Source of the DNA: Candidatus Wolfebacteria bacterium GW2011_GWE2_44_13
GTDB lineage: Bacteria > Patescibacteriota > Minisyncoccia > UBA6257 > UBA9933
DNA length: 64,000 bases
Direction: 5' to 3'
Assembly: GCA_001000675.1 (NCBI GenBank)
Contig: LCHW01000001.1
Location: forward strand, 289,424 to 353,423
Shown here: positions 38,727 to 48,869 of the stretch, one piece after another
How the letters are laid out: every line of letters begins with the position of its first letter
How positions within the stretch are numbered: the first letter of the stretch is position 1
Notes under the pieces: generated by a model
Databases searched by the model: none
Seen by the model: only the letters and a program-made list of their open reading frames with translations
What the model was told of the DNA's origin: nothing
Translations under genes and position numbers: made by a program

Positions 38727-41192
38727 ATGGAAAAAAAATATACCGTAAAAATGGACCAAGTCGGCATCAAGGATGTCGCCGAGGTTGGAGGTAAGAATGC
38801 ATCTCTTGGTGAGATGTTGCAGTTTTTGGTTCCGCAGGGCGTTAACATCCCTGGAGGTTTTGTTGTTACCGCAAGCGCGTACCGCTATTTCTTGGAAGAG
38901 ACTGGCTTAAAGGACTTGATTAAGACAACATTGACAGGTCTTAACTCAAAGAACATCCCCCAGTTGCAGAAAAAGTGTAAATTGATTCGCGAAGCGATTA
39001 AAAAAGCTGAATTTCCAGCTGATATGCAAAAGCAGGTTGAAGACGCATATCGTGCAATGGAAAAGCAGTATGGCAAGAATGTTGATGTTGCTGTGCGTTC
39101 TTCTGCTACTGCGGAAGATCTTCCAGGAGCTTCGTTTGCTGGTGAGCATGAAACGTTTTTGAATATTCGTGGCGCAAAAGATGTTGCTGTTGCAGTGCGC
39201 GCAGCAATGGCGTCGCTCTTTACTGATCGTGCAACCAGCTATCGCGTAGATAAAGGATTTGATCACTTCAAGGTGGCTTTGTCTGTTGGCGTACAAAAGA
39301 TGGTCCGCTCAGATATTGGTAGCTCGGGTGTTATGTTCTCAATCGATACCGAATCCGGTTTCAAGGACGTTGTTGTTGTGAACGCTGTTTGGGGATTGGG
39401 CGAAATGATTGTGCAGGGAGAAGTTACTCCTGATGAATTTTTGGTATTTAAGCCACGCTTGAAGGAAATGGTTGCGGGTAAGAATCTCGGCATGAACCCA
39501 ATTATCAATAAACACCTCGCATTGAAGGATGCAAAGATGTTGTATGATACGGGCGCGAAAGGTGTTCAACAGACGAAGATTGTCAAAACAACGCCAAAGG
39601 AGCGCGATTCATTCGTGTTAAATGATAAAGAAATTTTGCAGTTAGCAAAGTGGGGCGTATTGATTGAAGACCATTATACCAAGGTGCACAACAAATGGAC
39701 TCCGATGGATATGGAGTGGGCAAAAGATGGAAAGACGGGTGAGTTGTTCATCGTACAGGCTCGACCAGAAACCATTCACGCTGAGCGTGATATGACAAAG
39801 GTAAAGGAGTACGTCTTAGAAGGAGCTGCAAAGCCAATCGTCACCGGTATCTCTGTTGGAAGTAAAATTGCTACCGGTAAAGTGCACATGATTATGAGTG
39901 TGAAAAATATCACTCAGTTCAAAGCAGGTGAAGTGTTGGTTACTGACATGACTGACCCTGATTGGGAACCTATTATGAAAATTGCTTCGGCTATCGTTAC
40001 TGATAAAGGTGGCCGAACATCACACGCAGCTATTGTTTCGCGTGAGTTGGGTATTCCTTGTATTGTTGGAAGCCTTGATGCAACTAAGAAGTTGAAGAGC
40101 GGTAAAATCGTTACTGTTGATACGGCAGGCGCTGAGGGATATGTCTATGATGGTGCGGTGAAGTTTAGCGTGCGCGAACATGACGTTAAAAAGATTCCGA
40201 AAACGAAGACAAAGATTACGATGAACATTGCGACTCCGGATACGGCATTTGAGAAATCATTCTTGCCGAACGACGGTGTCGGATTGCTTCGCGAAGAATT
40301 TATTATTGCAGGATCAATTGGCATTCACCCGAATGCATTGTTGAATTATAAGAAGTTGCAGGCACAGGCAAAAAAGAAAGATGCTGTTGCGAAGAAGATT
40401 GTTGCAGCAATCGACCAGAAAACGATTGGCTATACCGACAAGACCCAGTTTTATGTTGATAAACTTGCCTATGGTATCGCAAAAATTGGCGCCGCATTTT
40501 ATCCAAAACAGGTCATTGTACGATTCTCAGATTTTAAGACGAACGAATATCGAACATTGGTTGGTGGAGAATTGTATGAGCCAAAGGAAGAAAACCCAAT
40601 GATCGGATGGCGCGGAGCATCTCGTTACTATCACCCTGATTTTTCTGATGCATTTATCCTTGAGCTAAAAGCAATCAAGAAGGTGCGCGAAGAGATGGGG
40701 CTCGATAACGTGCATGTTATGATTCCATTCTGTCGCACTACTGAAGAAGGTAAAAAGAACCTTGCCATTATGGAAAAGAACGGCCTTGGTAAAAAGACTG
40801 GAATTAAGACCTATGTAATGTGCGAAATTCCGGCAAACGTTATCTTGGCTGATAAGTTCCTCGATATCTTTGATGGTATGAGTATTGGGTCAAATGATCT
40901 TACTCAGCTTACCGTTGGTATTGATCGTGATGGAAACGAAAAGATTAAATACATCACCAACGAAAAGGACGAAGCAGTAACCACGCTTATCAAAGACGTT
41001 ATCGCTAAGTGCAAGGCACGCAATAAGTACATTGGTATTTGCGGACAGGCACCGAGTGATTATCCTGATTTTGCGCAATTCCTTGTTGAAGCAGGCATTG
41101 AAGCTATCTCGCTTAACCCCGATACAGTTGTGAAAACGACAATTGCTATTGCGGAGAAGGAAGCGGCGCTTGCTAAAAAGTCATCTAAATAA
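38727..41192 (+). CDS. ppsA: Phosphoenolpyruvate synthase
   Basis: VGGKNASLGEM, VRSSATAEDLP, GGRTSHAAIVSRE, SIGSNDLTQ, GICGQAPSD. Confidence 0.97.
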   Translation: MEKKYTVKMDQVGIKDVAEVGGKNASLGEMLQFLVPQGVNIPGGFVVTASAYRYFLEETGLKDLIKTTLTGLNSKNIPQLQKKCKLIREAIKKAEFPADMQKQVEDAYRAMEKQYGKNVDVAVRSSATAEDLPGASFAGEHETFLNIRGAKDVAVAVRAAMASLFTDRATSYRVDKGFDHFKVALSVGVQKMVRSDIGSSGVMFSIDTESGFKDVVVVNAVWGLGEMIVQGEVTPDEFLVFKPRLKEMVAGKNLGMNPIINKHLALKDAKMLYDTGAKGVQQTKIVKTTPKERDSFVLNDKEILQLAKWGVLIEDHYTKVHNKWTPMDMEWAKDGKTGELFIVQARPETIHAERDMTKVKEYVLEGAAKPIVTGISVGSKIATGKVHMIMSVKNITQFKAGEVLVTDMTDPDWEPIMKIASAIVTDKGGRTSHAAIVSRELGIPCIVGSLDATKKLKSGKIVTVDTAGAEGYVYDGAVKFSVREHDVKKIPKTKTKITMNIATPDTAFEKSFLPNDGVGLLREEFIIAGSIGIHPNALLNYKKLQAQAKKKDAVAKKIVAAIDQKTIGYTDKTQFYVDKLAYGIAKIGAAFYPKQVIVRFSDFKTNEYRTLVGGELYEPKEENPMIGWRGASRYYHPDFSDAFILELKAIKKVREEMGLDNVHVMIPFCRTTEEGKKNLAIMEKNGLGKKTGIKTYVMCEIPANVILADKFLDIFDGMSIGSNDLTQLTVGIDRDGNEKIKYITNEKDEAVTTLIKDVIAKCKARNKYIGICGQAPSDYPDFAQFLVEAGIEAISLNPDTVVKTTIAIAEKEAALAKKSSK

Positions 41193-41288
41193 AAAACAGT
41201 AATAAATGCCTATGTGGCATCAGGAGAAGAGCTCTTTGCATCCTCCTTCAGTCACATAGGCATTTACTGTTTTTATCTCCTTTTGCAT

Positions 41289-41355
41289 TGTCATTCCCGC
41301 GAAGGCGGGAATCCAGAGTTATTAATTATAGATTCCCGCCTTTGCGGGAATGACA
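41289..41355. repeat. TGTCA-tagged REP-like palindrome dimer
   Basis: tgtcattcccgcgaaggcgggaatccag ... tagattcccgcctttgcgggaatgaca. Confidence 0.85.
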
Positions 41356-41362
41356 GAAGAAA

Positions 41363-41656
41363 ATGATCGATCTCACGCAACTACTTGCAGTACTCGCTGG
41401 CTTCATGGGGATACTCATGGGCTTTGCTAATATTCCGCAAGCGGTAAAAATTTATAAGAAGCGAAGCGCGAAAGATGTTTCGGAATTAACCTACGGTGTT
41501 TTGGCGGTGGGGTATTTTGTGCTTTTGCTCTATAGTATTTTGCTCGATAATGTTGCGCTTATTGTGACTAACTTGTTTGGGTTGCTTGGAGTGGTCTTAG
41601 TCCTTTCTGGTATTATCCGATACGAAAAAAAGGGGATTCGCCATCGAGGTATTTAA
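41363..41656 (+). CDS. SemiSWEET/PQ-loop transporter
   Basis: IPQAVKIYKKRSAKDVS, 3 TM, TN motif. Confidence 0.88.
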   Translation: MIDLTQLLAVLAGFMGILMGFANIPQAVKIYKKRSAKDVSELTYGVLAVGYFVLLLYSILLDNVALIVTNLFGLLGVVLVLSGIIRYEKKGIRHRGI

Positions 41657-41658
41657 AA

Positions 41659-42207
41659 ATGAATATGCAACTCTATAAGAAGGTTGAACAATTTGTCGTT
41701 GATGCATTTACTAAAGCAGAAAAATCGACTGATGTTTTTCATGCGCAGAGAACTGCGTATTGGATTACACAGTTAAAACCGGATGCGGATGAAGCGTTGC
41801 AAATCGCAGGATTTGCACATGATATTGAACGCGCATTCTATGGCGATTGGAAAAAGGGTTCTAGCGATGCTGATGCGTTGCGCAAGCATCAAGATATGTC
41901 TGCTGCCGAAATTACCAAATTCTTACGTGCTGAGCATGCTTCTGAAGAATTAATAGATCGCGTAAGTTATTTAGTAGCGCATCACGAAGAAGGGGGAGAT
42001 GTTGACCAAACTGTATTGTGCGATGCTGATTGTCTTGCATATTTTGAAGAAAAGGCAGTTCGTAATGCTAAAGAAAAGAAACAGCAAGGGAAAAATGCTG
42101 AAATGATAAAAAAGATAGACTATGTATTTAGTCGAATCGCCTCGTCAAAGGCGCGTGAAATTGCACGGCCATTTTATGATGAGGCGATGCATATATTACG
42201 CGATTGA
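41659..42207 (+). CDS. HD-domain protein (DUF4202-like)
   Basis: H..., AHDIER, HHE, DAD. Confidence 0.75.
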   Translation: MNMQLYKKVEQFVVDAFTKAEKSTDVFHAQRTAYWITQLKPDADEALQIAGFAHDIERAFYGDWKKGSSDADALRKHQDMSAAEITKFLRAEHASEELIDRVSYLVAHHEEGGDVDQTVLCDADCLAYFEEKAVRNAKEKKQQGKNAEMIKKIDYVFSRIASSKAREIARPFYDEAMHILRD

Positions 42208-42274
42208 TTGTGCGGTGTATAATTCCTTTTGCATTATTTAACGAGGTGCGATACGCTAGCAGTATACTGTTTTT

Positions 42275-43336
42275 ATGATCCTCGCTAATAAAGAAAAAGT
42301 GAATATATTATCCATTGAAACGAGCTGCGACGAGACAGCCCTTTCTTTTGTTACCGCAAGCGGGGGATTAAAAAAGCCGACTTTTGTCGTGCATGGCGAT
42401 GTGGTAGCTTCGCAGATCAAATTGCATCAGCCATTTGGTGGTGTTGTGCCGGCCCTTGCAAAGCGTGCGCATATAGAACATTTACCTCTTTTGTTTAAGG
42501 AAATTGTGGACGGAGGCATGCGCCCAGAAGAACTCGATTTTATTACGGTCACTGTTGGTCCGGGGCTTGAGCCTGCTTTGTGGACGGGGATTGAATTTGC
42601 AAAGCAACTTGCCGAGCAGTATAACAAGCCACTTATCGGAACGAACCATCTCGAAGGGCATTTATATAGTATCTTGGTATCAAAAGAAAAGCCCGATCCT
42701 AAAAAAATATTTCCTGCGATTGCGCTTATTGTAAGTGGTGGGCACACGCTTTTATTACAGATGGATGATTTGACGCATTTTAAAAAAATTGGAGAGACAG
42801 TAGATGATGCCGTTGGTGAAGCGTTTGATAAAGTTGCGCGCATGATCGACTTGCCGTATCCAGGGGGTCCTGAGATAGAACGCCTTGCAAAAGAGGGTAA
42901 TCCTATGGCGATTAATTTTCCGCGACCAATGGTCGGACATAAAAATTATAACTTTAGCTTTTCTGGATTAAAAACCTCAGTATTATATTATTTACGTGAT
43001 TCTGCTAAAGCTAAAAAAGATATTGTAAAAGCGGATATTGCAGCAAGCTTTCAACGAGCAGTTTCTGATGTGTTAATTAAAAAAACGTTACGTGCTGTAG
43101 AAGAGTTTGATGCGAAGTCGATTATGATTTCAGGAGGTGTTTCTGCAAATCGCACGTTACGTGCGGAGTTTGCCGCCTCCATTGAAAAACGATTTCCTAT
43201 TAAGAAGGATCGACCTGAACTCTTAGTGAGTGAGTTTTCGACTGATAATGCATTGATGATTGCCGCATCAGGATATATGGATTATTTACGAGGTAAGGAA
43301 TACAAAATAGAAGCGGATGGTAATCTTAACCTTTGA
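42275..43336 (+). CDS. tsaD: tRNA threonylcarbamoyltransferase TsaD
   Basis: IETSCDET, NHLEGH, SGGHT, GEAFDK, FSFSGLKT, DNALMI. Confidence 0.97.
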   Translation: MILANKEKVNILSIETSCDETALSFVTASGGLKKPTFVVHGDVVASQIKLHQPFGGVVPALAKRAHIEHLPLLFKEIVDGGMRPEELDFITVTVGPGLEPALWTGIEFAKQLAEQYNKPLIGTNHLEGHLYSILVSKEKPDPKKIFPAIALIVSGGHTLLLQMDDLTHFKKIGETVDDAVGEAFDKVARMIDLPYPGGPEIERLAKEGNPMAINFPRPMVGHKNYNFSFSGLKTSVLYYLRDSAKAKKDIVKADIAASFQRAVSDVLIKKTLRAVEEFDAKSIMISGGVSANRTLRAEFAASIEKRFPIKKDRPELLVSEFSTDNALMIAASGYMDYLRGKEYKIEADGNLNL

Positions 43337-43361
43337 CGTGATTTACTGACTTATATAATAT

Positions 43362-44432
43362 ATGCTTTCCTATTTACGACATTTTGATTGGAAGTTAAAC
43401 GCCGCGGTTGCGTTTCTTTCGTTTGTGAGTTTGGTTGAATTGGCGAGTATTAGCATGGATCTCTTTTGGAAGCAGTTACTTTTTGTGGGTATCGGGGTAT
43501 TGCTGATGCTCTTCGTGACCTATTTCGATTGGCGTTCATTTGTAAATTATCGTGGTGTTATTATGGGTATTTATGGAGGCGCGATTGCGCTTCTTGTGTT
43601 GACGCTTCTTATTGCCCCAGAAATTCGTGGAAATAAAGCATGGATTCCTATTGGTCCTTTTCAATTTCAAGCTTCGGTGTTTGCGAACCTCGCACTCATC
43701 GTGGTCTTGGCGAGCTTTTTCCGAAAAAGTCATCGCGCTATTGCGCGTCTCTCTACGCTTGCTAAATCGTTCATCTATTTCGCTATTCCTGCGGCGCTTA
43801 TTTATTTGCAGCCCGATTTAGGTTCTGTGTTGCTCATGCTTTCCGTCTGGTTTGGGTTTGTGCTGGTATCGGGAATTCGCTTACAACATTTAGTTGCGGC
43901 ACTTACGTTGTTTGCTGTGGTTGGCGCATTGGGATGGGCTGTATTTCTTGAGCCGTATCAGAAAAACCGTATTGTTGGGGTGTTTTTCCCAGATCAAGAT
44001 GTGCTGGGGGTCAACTATAACGTTATTCAAGCAAAAATCGCTATCGGATCGGCTGGCTTCTTAGGTAAGGGGTTTGGGCAGGGCACGCAAGTACAGCTCG
44101 GGTTTCTCCCTGAAGCACACACCGACTTTATATTTTCTGCGGTTACTGAAGAGTGGGGATTGATTGCCGGCTTCTTACTTATCGGGGCGTTTCTTGCTAT
44201 GATTGTGCGCATTGTCGCTATTGGACTTGAGGAGCGAAGTAATTTCGGTCAATTTATTTGTTTAGGTACTGCGATATTCTTTATTGCAAATTTTATATTT
44301 AACACCGGGTCTAACGTAGGGCTTTTGCCGGTTATCGGTGTTCCGTTCCCGTTTCTTAGCTATGGAGGATCTCATATTCTTGCAGAATTTATCTTGCTTG
44401 GCATGGTGCAGTCGATAAAGTTGAGAAAATAA
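43362..44432 (+). CDS. rodA: SEDS peptidoglycan polymerase RodA
   Basis: QPDLG, AIGSAG, FLPEAHTDFIF, PFLSYGGS. Confidence 0.85.
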   Translation: MLSYLRHFDWKLNAAVAFLSFVSLVELASISMDLFWKQLLFVGIGVLLMLFVTYFDWRSFVNYRGVIMGIYGGAIALLVLTLLIAPEIRGNKAWIPIGPFQFQASVFANLALIVVLASFFRKSHRAIARLSTLAKSFIYFAIPAALIYLQPDLGSVLLMLSVWFGFVLVSGIRLQHLVAALTLFAVVGALGWAVFLEPYQKNRIVGVFFPDQDVLGVNYNVIQAKIAIGSAGFLGKGFGQGTQVQLGFLPEAHTDFIFSAVTEEWGLIAGFLLIGAFLAMIVRIVAIGLEERSNFGQFICLGTAIFFIANFIFNTGSNVGLLPVIGVPFPFLSYGGSHILAEFILLGMVQSIKLRK

Positions 44433-44437
44433 TAATT

Positions 44438-45469
44438 ATGCAATCTATATTTTCATTTTGTAAATCGTGTATTTCTGCGAGCCTGCTCTTTTTTGTCATT
44501 ATGGCGCTATTGTTGGGTGGAGCTGCTTTTGCCGATGCGTTGAAGCCAGTATCTGGTGGAGCAACTGTTCCCGAAGCGATAGAATTTTCAGTTCGCCCTG
44601 GTATGGGAGGAAAAGAAATTGCTCAGGAGCTTGAAGACAATCATATCATCAAATCAAAGACTGCATTTTGGACATATAGTATTCTTACTAGCAATGCAGG
44701 TGCGTTTCAGCCAGGAATTTATACCGTTGGTCCAGAACAATCAGTACGAGATATTATCTCACTTATGACCAAGGGTCCGCTTGAAGTTGAGGTGCTGGTT
44801 ACTCCTGGGATGACCATACTAGAGGCCGAAGATGTGCTTGTTGCGAGTAAAGTTCTTGCAGAAGGGGATATTGTTGAATTTCCTATTGATACGATTCGGG
44901 AGCAATATCCATTTTTAGGGGATGCGGAAATACTTGAAGGGTTCTTATTTCCTGATACATATCGATTTTACCCTCATTCTGACCCGAAATTGGTCGTGAG
45001 CAAGTTTTTGGACAATTTTGAGGCCAAACTGGCTCCGCTCTTGACAGACTTGCGCAATCCAGAAAATAATGATACTATTCATTGGCTTATTATTGCTTCA
45101 ATATTAGAGAAGGAAGTGACCAATAAAAAAGAGGATCAAACAGTCGCCGGTATCTTAGAGAAACGGTTGGCAATAGGCATGCCGCTGCAGGTCGACGCAT
45201 CGATTATCTATGCGAAATGCAAGCGTTTCATGAGCTGTCCCGCCCTAACCCGTGCCGATTTTCGTATTGATTCTCCGTATAATTCGTACCTTCATAAGGG
45301 GTTACCACCTACGCCAATTTCCAACCCCGGTATCGATGCAATAAGCGCAGCACGTTTACCTGTTCGCTCAAATTACCTGTACTACTTGTCTGATCCTCAG
45401 ACAGGGCAAACAATATTCTCAAAAACGTTTGAAGAACATAATGCGAACCGAACTAAATACCTACATTAA
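44438..45469 (+). CDS. mltG: Endolytic transglycosylase MltG
   Basis: LEGFLFPDTY, ASILEKE, LQVDA, GLPPTPISNPG. Confidence 0.94.
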   Translation: MQSIFSFCKSCISASLLFFVIMALLLGGAAFADALKPVSGGATVPEAIEFSVRPGMGGKEIAQELEDNHIIKSKTAFWTYSILTSNAGAFQPGIYTVGPEQSVRDIISLMTKGPLEVEVLVTPGMTILEAEDVLVASKVLAEGDIVEFPIDTIREQYPFLGDAEILEGFLFPDTYRFYPHSDPKLVVSKFLDNFEAKLAPLLTDLRNPENNDTIHWLIIASILEKEVTNKKEDQTVAGILEKRLAIGMPLQVDASIIYAKCKRFMSCPALTRADFRIDSPYNSYLHKGLPPTPISNPGIDAISAARLPVRSNYLYYLSDPQTGQTIFSKTFEEHNANRTKYLH

Positions 45470-45509
45470 ATAAATCGTAAGGCCGTCGAATAACGGTTAT
45501 TTGTTTTTT

Positions 45510-48500
45510 ATGGCAAAGCAACTCCCAACAAAAGTTTTTTCAAAGCATCCCGGCGCGTTCATCGAACAGCCGTACCTTGCGACACTCCAGGCCGAGTCAT
45601 GGGACTGGTTTGTAAAGAAAGGTCTTCGAGAACTCTTCGACGAAATTTCTCCAATTAAGGATTACACCGGCAATGAAATAGAATTGCACTTCCTTGATTA
45701 TCACTTTGACGAACCGCGCTATGACGAGGACACAACCCGTTTGAAAGGGTTAACCTACGAAGCACCGTTGCGCGTTAACGTGAAACTTATTAATAAGGTA
45801 TTAAACGACGAAAAAGAACAGGAAGTATACCTGGGCGATTTTCCGATTATGACAAGCCGACACACATTCATTATGAATGGCGTTGAGCGTGTTATGGTTT
45901 CCCAACTTATCCGTTCGAGCGGTGTGTATTTCAGTGGAAATATGCTCCGAGGTAAAAAGGTATTTGGTGCGAAGATTATTCCAAACCGCGGAAGCTGGTT
46001 GGAATTTGAAACCGAGCTCGATGGCTTTATTGGCGTAAAGATCGATCGACATCGTAAAGCACCGGTAACAGAACTGCTGCGCGTCTTTGCTAATCACTTA
46101 GACATTACTCTTACCAATGAAAAGATCCTTGAGATGTTTGCGGACATCGATAAAGGTTCGGTTAAACACATTGAAGCAACATTAAAGAAGGATGCGGCAA
46201 AAACCGCTTCTGAATCGTATGTTGAAATTTACAAACGGCTTCGCCCGGGAGATTTGGCGACTCCGGAAAACGCACAGAGCTTAATTGATTCCATGTTCCA
46301 TCGTGATGACCGCTATAGCTTGTCCCGCGTAGGACGCTTTAAGGTTAATCAGCGATTGGAATTAAAAGATAAAGAATCAACATTACTTGATTTGGAAGAT
46401 ATCGTACAGATCGTACGCGAAATTATTCGTTTGAATAATGACAAGCATGCTGAGCCTGATGATATCGATCACTTGGGTAACCGACGCATTCGTGCGGTAG
46501 GTGAATTGTTGCAGGGCCGATTGTATGTCGGATTTGCACGTATGCGCCGCGCCATTCAGGATAAGATTTCAACTGCGGAAGCAGATGTTGTGTTGACCCC
46601 AGTACAACTTATTAACGGACGCCCATTGGTTGCCGTTATGAAGGAATTTTTAACCTCTTCCCAGTTGTCCCAGTTTATGGACCAGGTAAACCCATTGGCC
46701 GAAGTTGAGCACAAGCGACGCTTGTCGCTCCTTGGACCGGGTGGTTTAACTCGTGAGCACGCAGGGTTCGAAGTGCGTGACGTTCACCCATCTCACTACG
46801 GACGCATCTGTCCAATTGAAACTCCAGAAGGACAATCAATCGGTTTGGTAAACCACCTTTCAAACTATTCTCGTATTAACGAGTTTGGTTTCTTAGAAAC
46901 ACCGTATGCAAAGGTAAAGAATGGTAAGGTCACGAGCGAAATCGAGTGGATGAATGCATTGACCGAAACGAAGTTCAAGATCGCACACGGTGGAACCCGT
47001 CTCGATGGTAATAATAAAATTATTGATGAAGTGGTAGGTGCTCGTATTAAAGGTGAACCACGCACCTGTGATCGTGAAGAAGTTGATTTTATCGACGTTT
47101 CAAACGAACAGACCGTTGCTGCCGCAACCGCACTTATTCCTTTCTTGGAACATGACCCTGCAAACCGTGCACTCATGGGAGCGAACATGCAACGACAGGC
47201 TGTGCCGCCAGTAAAGACACAGGCTCCGTGGGTAGGAACCGGTATCGAAGATAAGATTGCTCGTGATTCAGCTCGCGCCATCGTTGCTCCAGAAGATGGA
47301 GAAATCATGGAAGTCGATTCAACACACATTGTGTTGAAGACCAAGAGCGAATTGAAGCACTTTGAATTCACAAAGTTCCAGCGCTCAAACAAATATACAA
47401 ACATTTCTCAGCGACCAATCGTCAACAAGGGCGATAAGGTAAAGAAGGGTGATGTGCTTGCCGATGGTCCGTCTATGGATCACGGAACACTCGCACTTGG
47501 ACAGAACATGCTCGTTGCATTTATGTCATGGGAAGGGCGCAACTTCGAGGATGCTATCATTTTGTCGGATCGCGTTGTAAAGCACGACGTGTTCTCATCT
47601 ATTCAGATTAAAGACTTTGTATGCGATGTTCGTGACACAAAGCTTGGACCTGAAATAACCACAAACGACATCCCGAACGTATCAGAAGAAAAACTCCGCA
47701 ACTTGGATGAAGAAGGTATTATCCGCATTGGCGCTGAAGTGCGCGCCGGAGATATCTTAGTAGGAAAGGTATCACCAAAAGGTGAAACTGAATTGACCGC
47801 AGAAGAAAAATTGCTCCGCGCAATCTTTGAAGAAAAGGCACGCGACGTAAAAGATACTTCGTTGTCCGTACCGCATGGAGAATCAGGACGCGTTATCGGT
47901 ATCAAGATCTTCTCCCGCGATCGTGGCGATAAGCTTGAACCAGGAGTTATCAAGCGCATCCAGATTGAACTTGCAGAACTTCGTAAGGTTCGCGCAGGTG
48001 ATAAACTTGCAGGACGACATGGAAACAAAGGTGTTATTTCACAGATTTGCGCAGCAGAGGACATGCCATACTTGGCGGACGGAACTCCTGTTGACGTTAT
48101 CTTGAACCCACTTGGTGTTACCTCTCGTATGAACCTCGGACAGGTATTGGAAGTGCACTTGGGGCTTGCAGCTCGCAAGCTTGGCTATCGCGCAGTAACG
48201 CCGGTATTCGCAAGTGCAACTGAAGAAGATATCCGTGGCGAATTGAAGAAAGCAGGATATCCAGAACATGGAAAATTGGAATTGTACGATGGACGATCAG
48301 GCGAAAAGTTTGTTGGTCCGGTGACTGTCGGTATCATGTATATGATCAAGCTCGACCACATGGTTGAAGATAAGATCCATATGCGTGCGACTGGTCCGTA
48401 CTCATTGATCACCCAGCAGCCGCTCGGAGGTAAGGCACAGTTTGGTGGACAGCGATTCGGAGAGATGGAAGTGTGGGCCTTGGAAGGATATGGCGCAGCT

Positions 48501-48728
48501 TACACCTTGCAAGAAATGCTCACCATCAAATCTGACGATGTCTTCGGACGCGCCGCAACGTATGAAAGTATTATTCGTGGAGAAAAGATTAAGAGCCCGA
48601 ATATCCCTTCAGCGTTCAACGTGCTCGTGAATGAAATTAAATCGCTCGGCATCTCTGTTGAAAAAGAAGAGATCGAACCGGAGGAAGGTGAAGAATTGCA
48701 TGAACGACCTTCTCGAATCGAGAGCTAA
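45510..48728 (+). CDS. rpoB: RNA polymerase beta subunit
   Basis: GRICPIETPEG, GDKLAGRHGNKG, GGQRFGEME. Confidence 0.99.
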   Translation: MAKQLPTKVFSKHPGAFIEQPYLATLQAESWDWFVKKGLRELFDEISPIKDYTGNEIELHFLDYHFDEPRYDEDTTRLKGLTYEAPLRVNVKLINKVLNDEKEQEVYLGDFPIMTSRHTFIMNGVERVMVSQLIRSSGVYFSGNMLRGKKVFGAKIIPNRGSWLEFETELDGFIGVKIDRHRKAPVTELLRVFANHLDITLTNEKILEMFADIDKGSVKHIEATLKKDAAKTASESYVEIYKRLRPGDLATPENAQSLIDSMFHRDDRYSLSRVGRFKVNQRLELKDKESTLLDLEDIVQIVREIIRLNNDKHAEPDDIDHLGNRRIRAVGELLQGRLYVGFARMRRAIQDKISTAEADVVLTPVQLINGRPLVAVMKEFLTSSQLSQFMDQVNPLAEVEHKRRLSLLGPGGLTREHAGFEVRDVHPSHYGRICPIETPEGQSIGLVNHLSNYSRINEFGFLETPYAKVKNGKVTSEIEWMNALTETKFKIAHGGTRLDGNNKIIDEVVGARIKGEPRTCDREEVDFIDVSNEQTVAAATALIPFLEHDPANRALMGANMQRQAVPPVKTQAPWVGTGIEDKIARDSARAIVAPEDGEIMEVDSTHIVLKTKSELKHFEFTKFQRSNKYTNISQRPIVNKGDKVKKGDVLADGPSMDHGTLALGQNMLVAFMSWEGRNFEDAIILSDRVVKHDVFSSIQIKDFVCDVRDTKLGPEITTNDIPNVSEEKLRNLDEEGIIRIGAEVRAGDILVGKVSPKGETELTAEEKLLRAIFEEKARDVKDTSLSVPHGESGRVIGIKIFSRDRGDKLEPGVIKRIQIELAELRKVRAGDKLAGRHGNKGVISQICAAEDMPYLADGTPVDVILNPLGVTSRMNLGQVLEVHLGLAARKLGYRAVTPVFASATEEDIRGELKKAGYPEHGKLELYDGRSGEKFVGPVTVGIMYMIKLDHMVEDKIHMRATGPYSLITQQPLGGKAQFGGQRFGEMEVWALEGYGAAYTLQEMLTIKSDDVFGRAATYESIIRGEKIKSPNIPSAFNVLVNEIKSLGISVEKEEIEPEEGEELHERPSRIES

Positions 48729-48740
48729 ACAATAACATAA

Positions 48741-48842
48741 AGAACGAGTAGTATTGCTTCGTCGTTTCATCGACAGGTCAGGATCACAGTATCCCTTGTC
48801 ATCGTGAACGACGAACGCAATGCATCGAGTTCTTCCCGTTCT
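48741..48842. repeat. Long imperfect hairpin between rpoB and rpoC
   Basis: agaacg/cgttct, ttcgtcgtt/aacgacgaa, gacagg/cttgtc, ggat/atcc. Confidence 0.65.
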
Positions 48843-48869
48843 CGAATTCATTTTCAAATTCTATTCCCT

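Noticed and set aside
48804-48869. N-terminal extension of RpoC in the ORF track
   Set aside because: It falls in the intergenic hairpin; the conserved sequence starts at ATG 48870.
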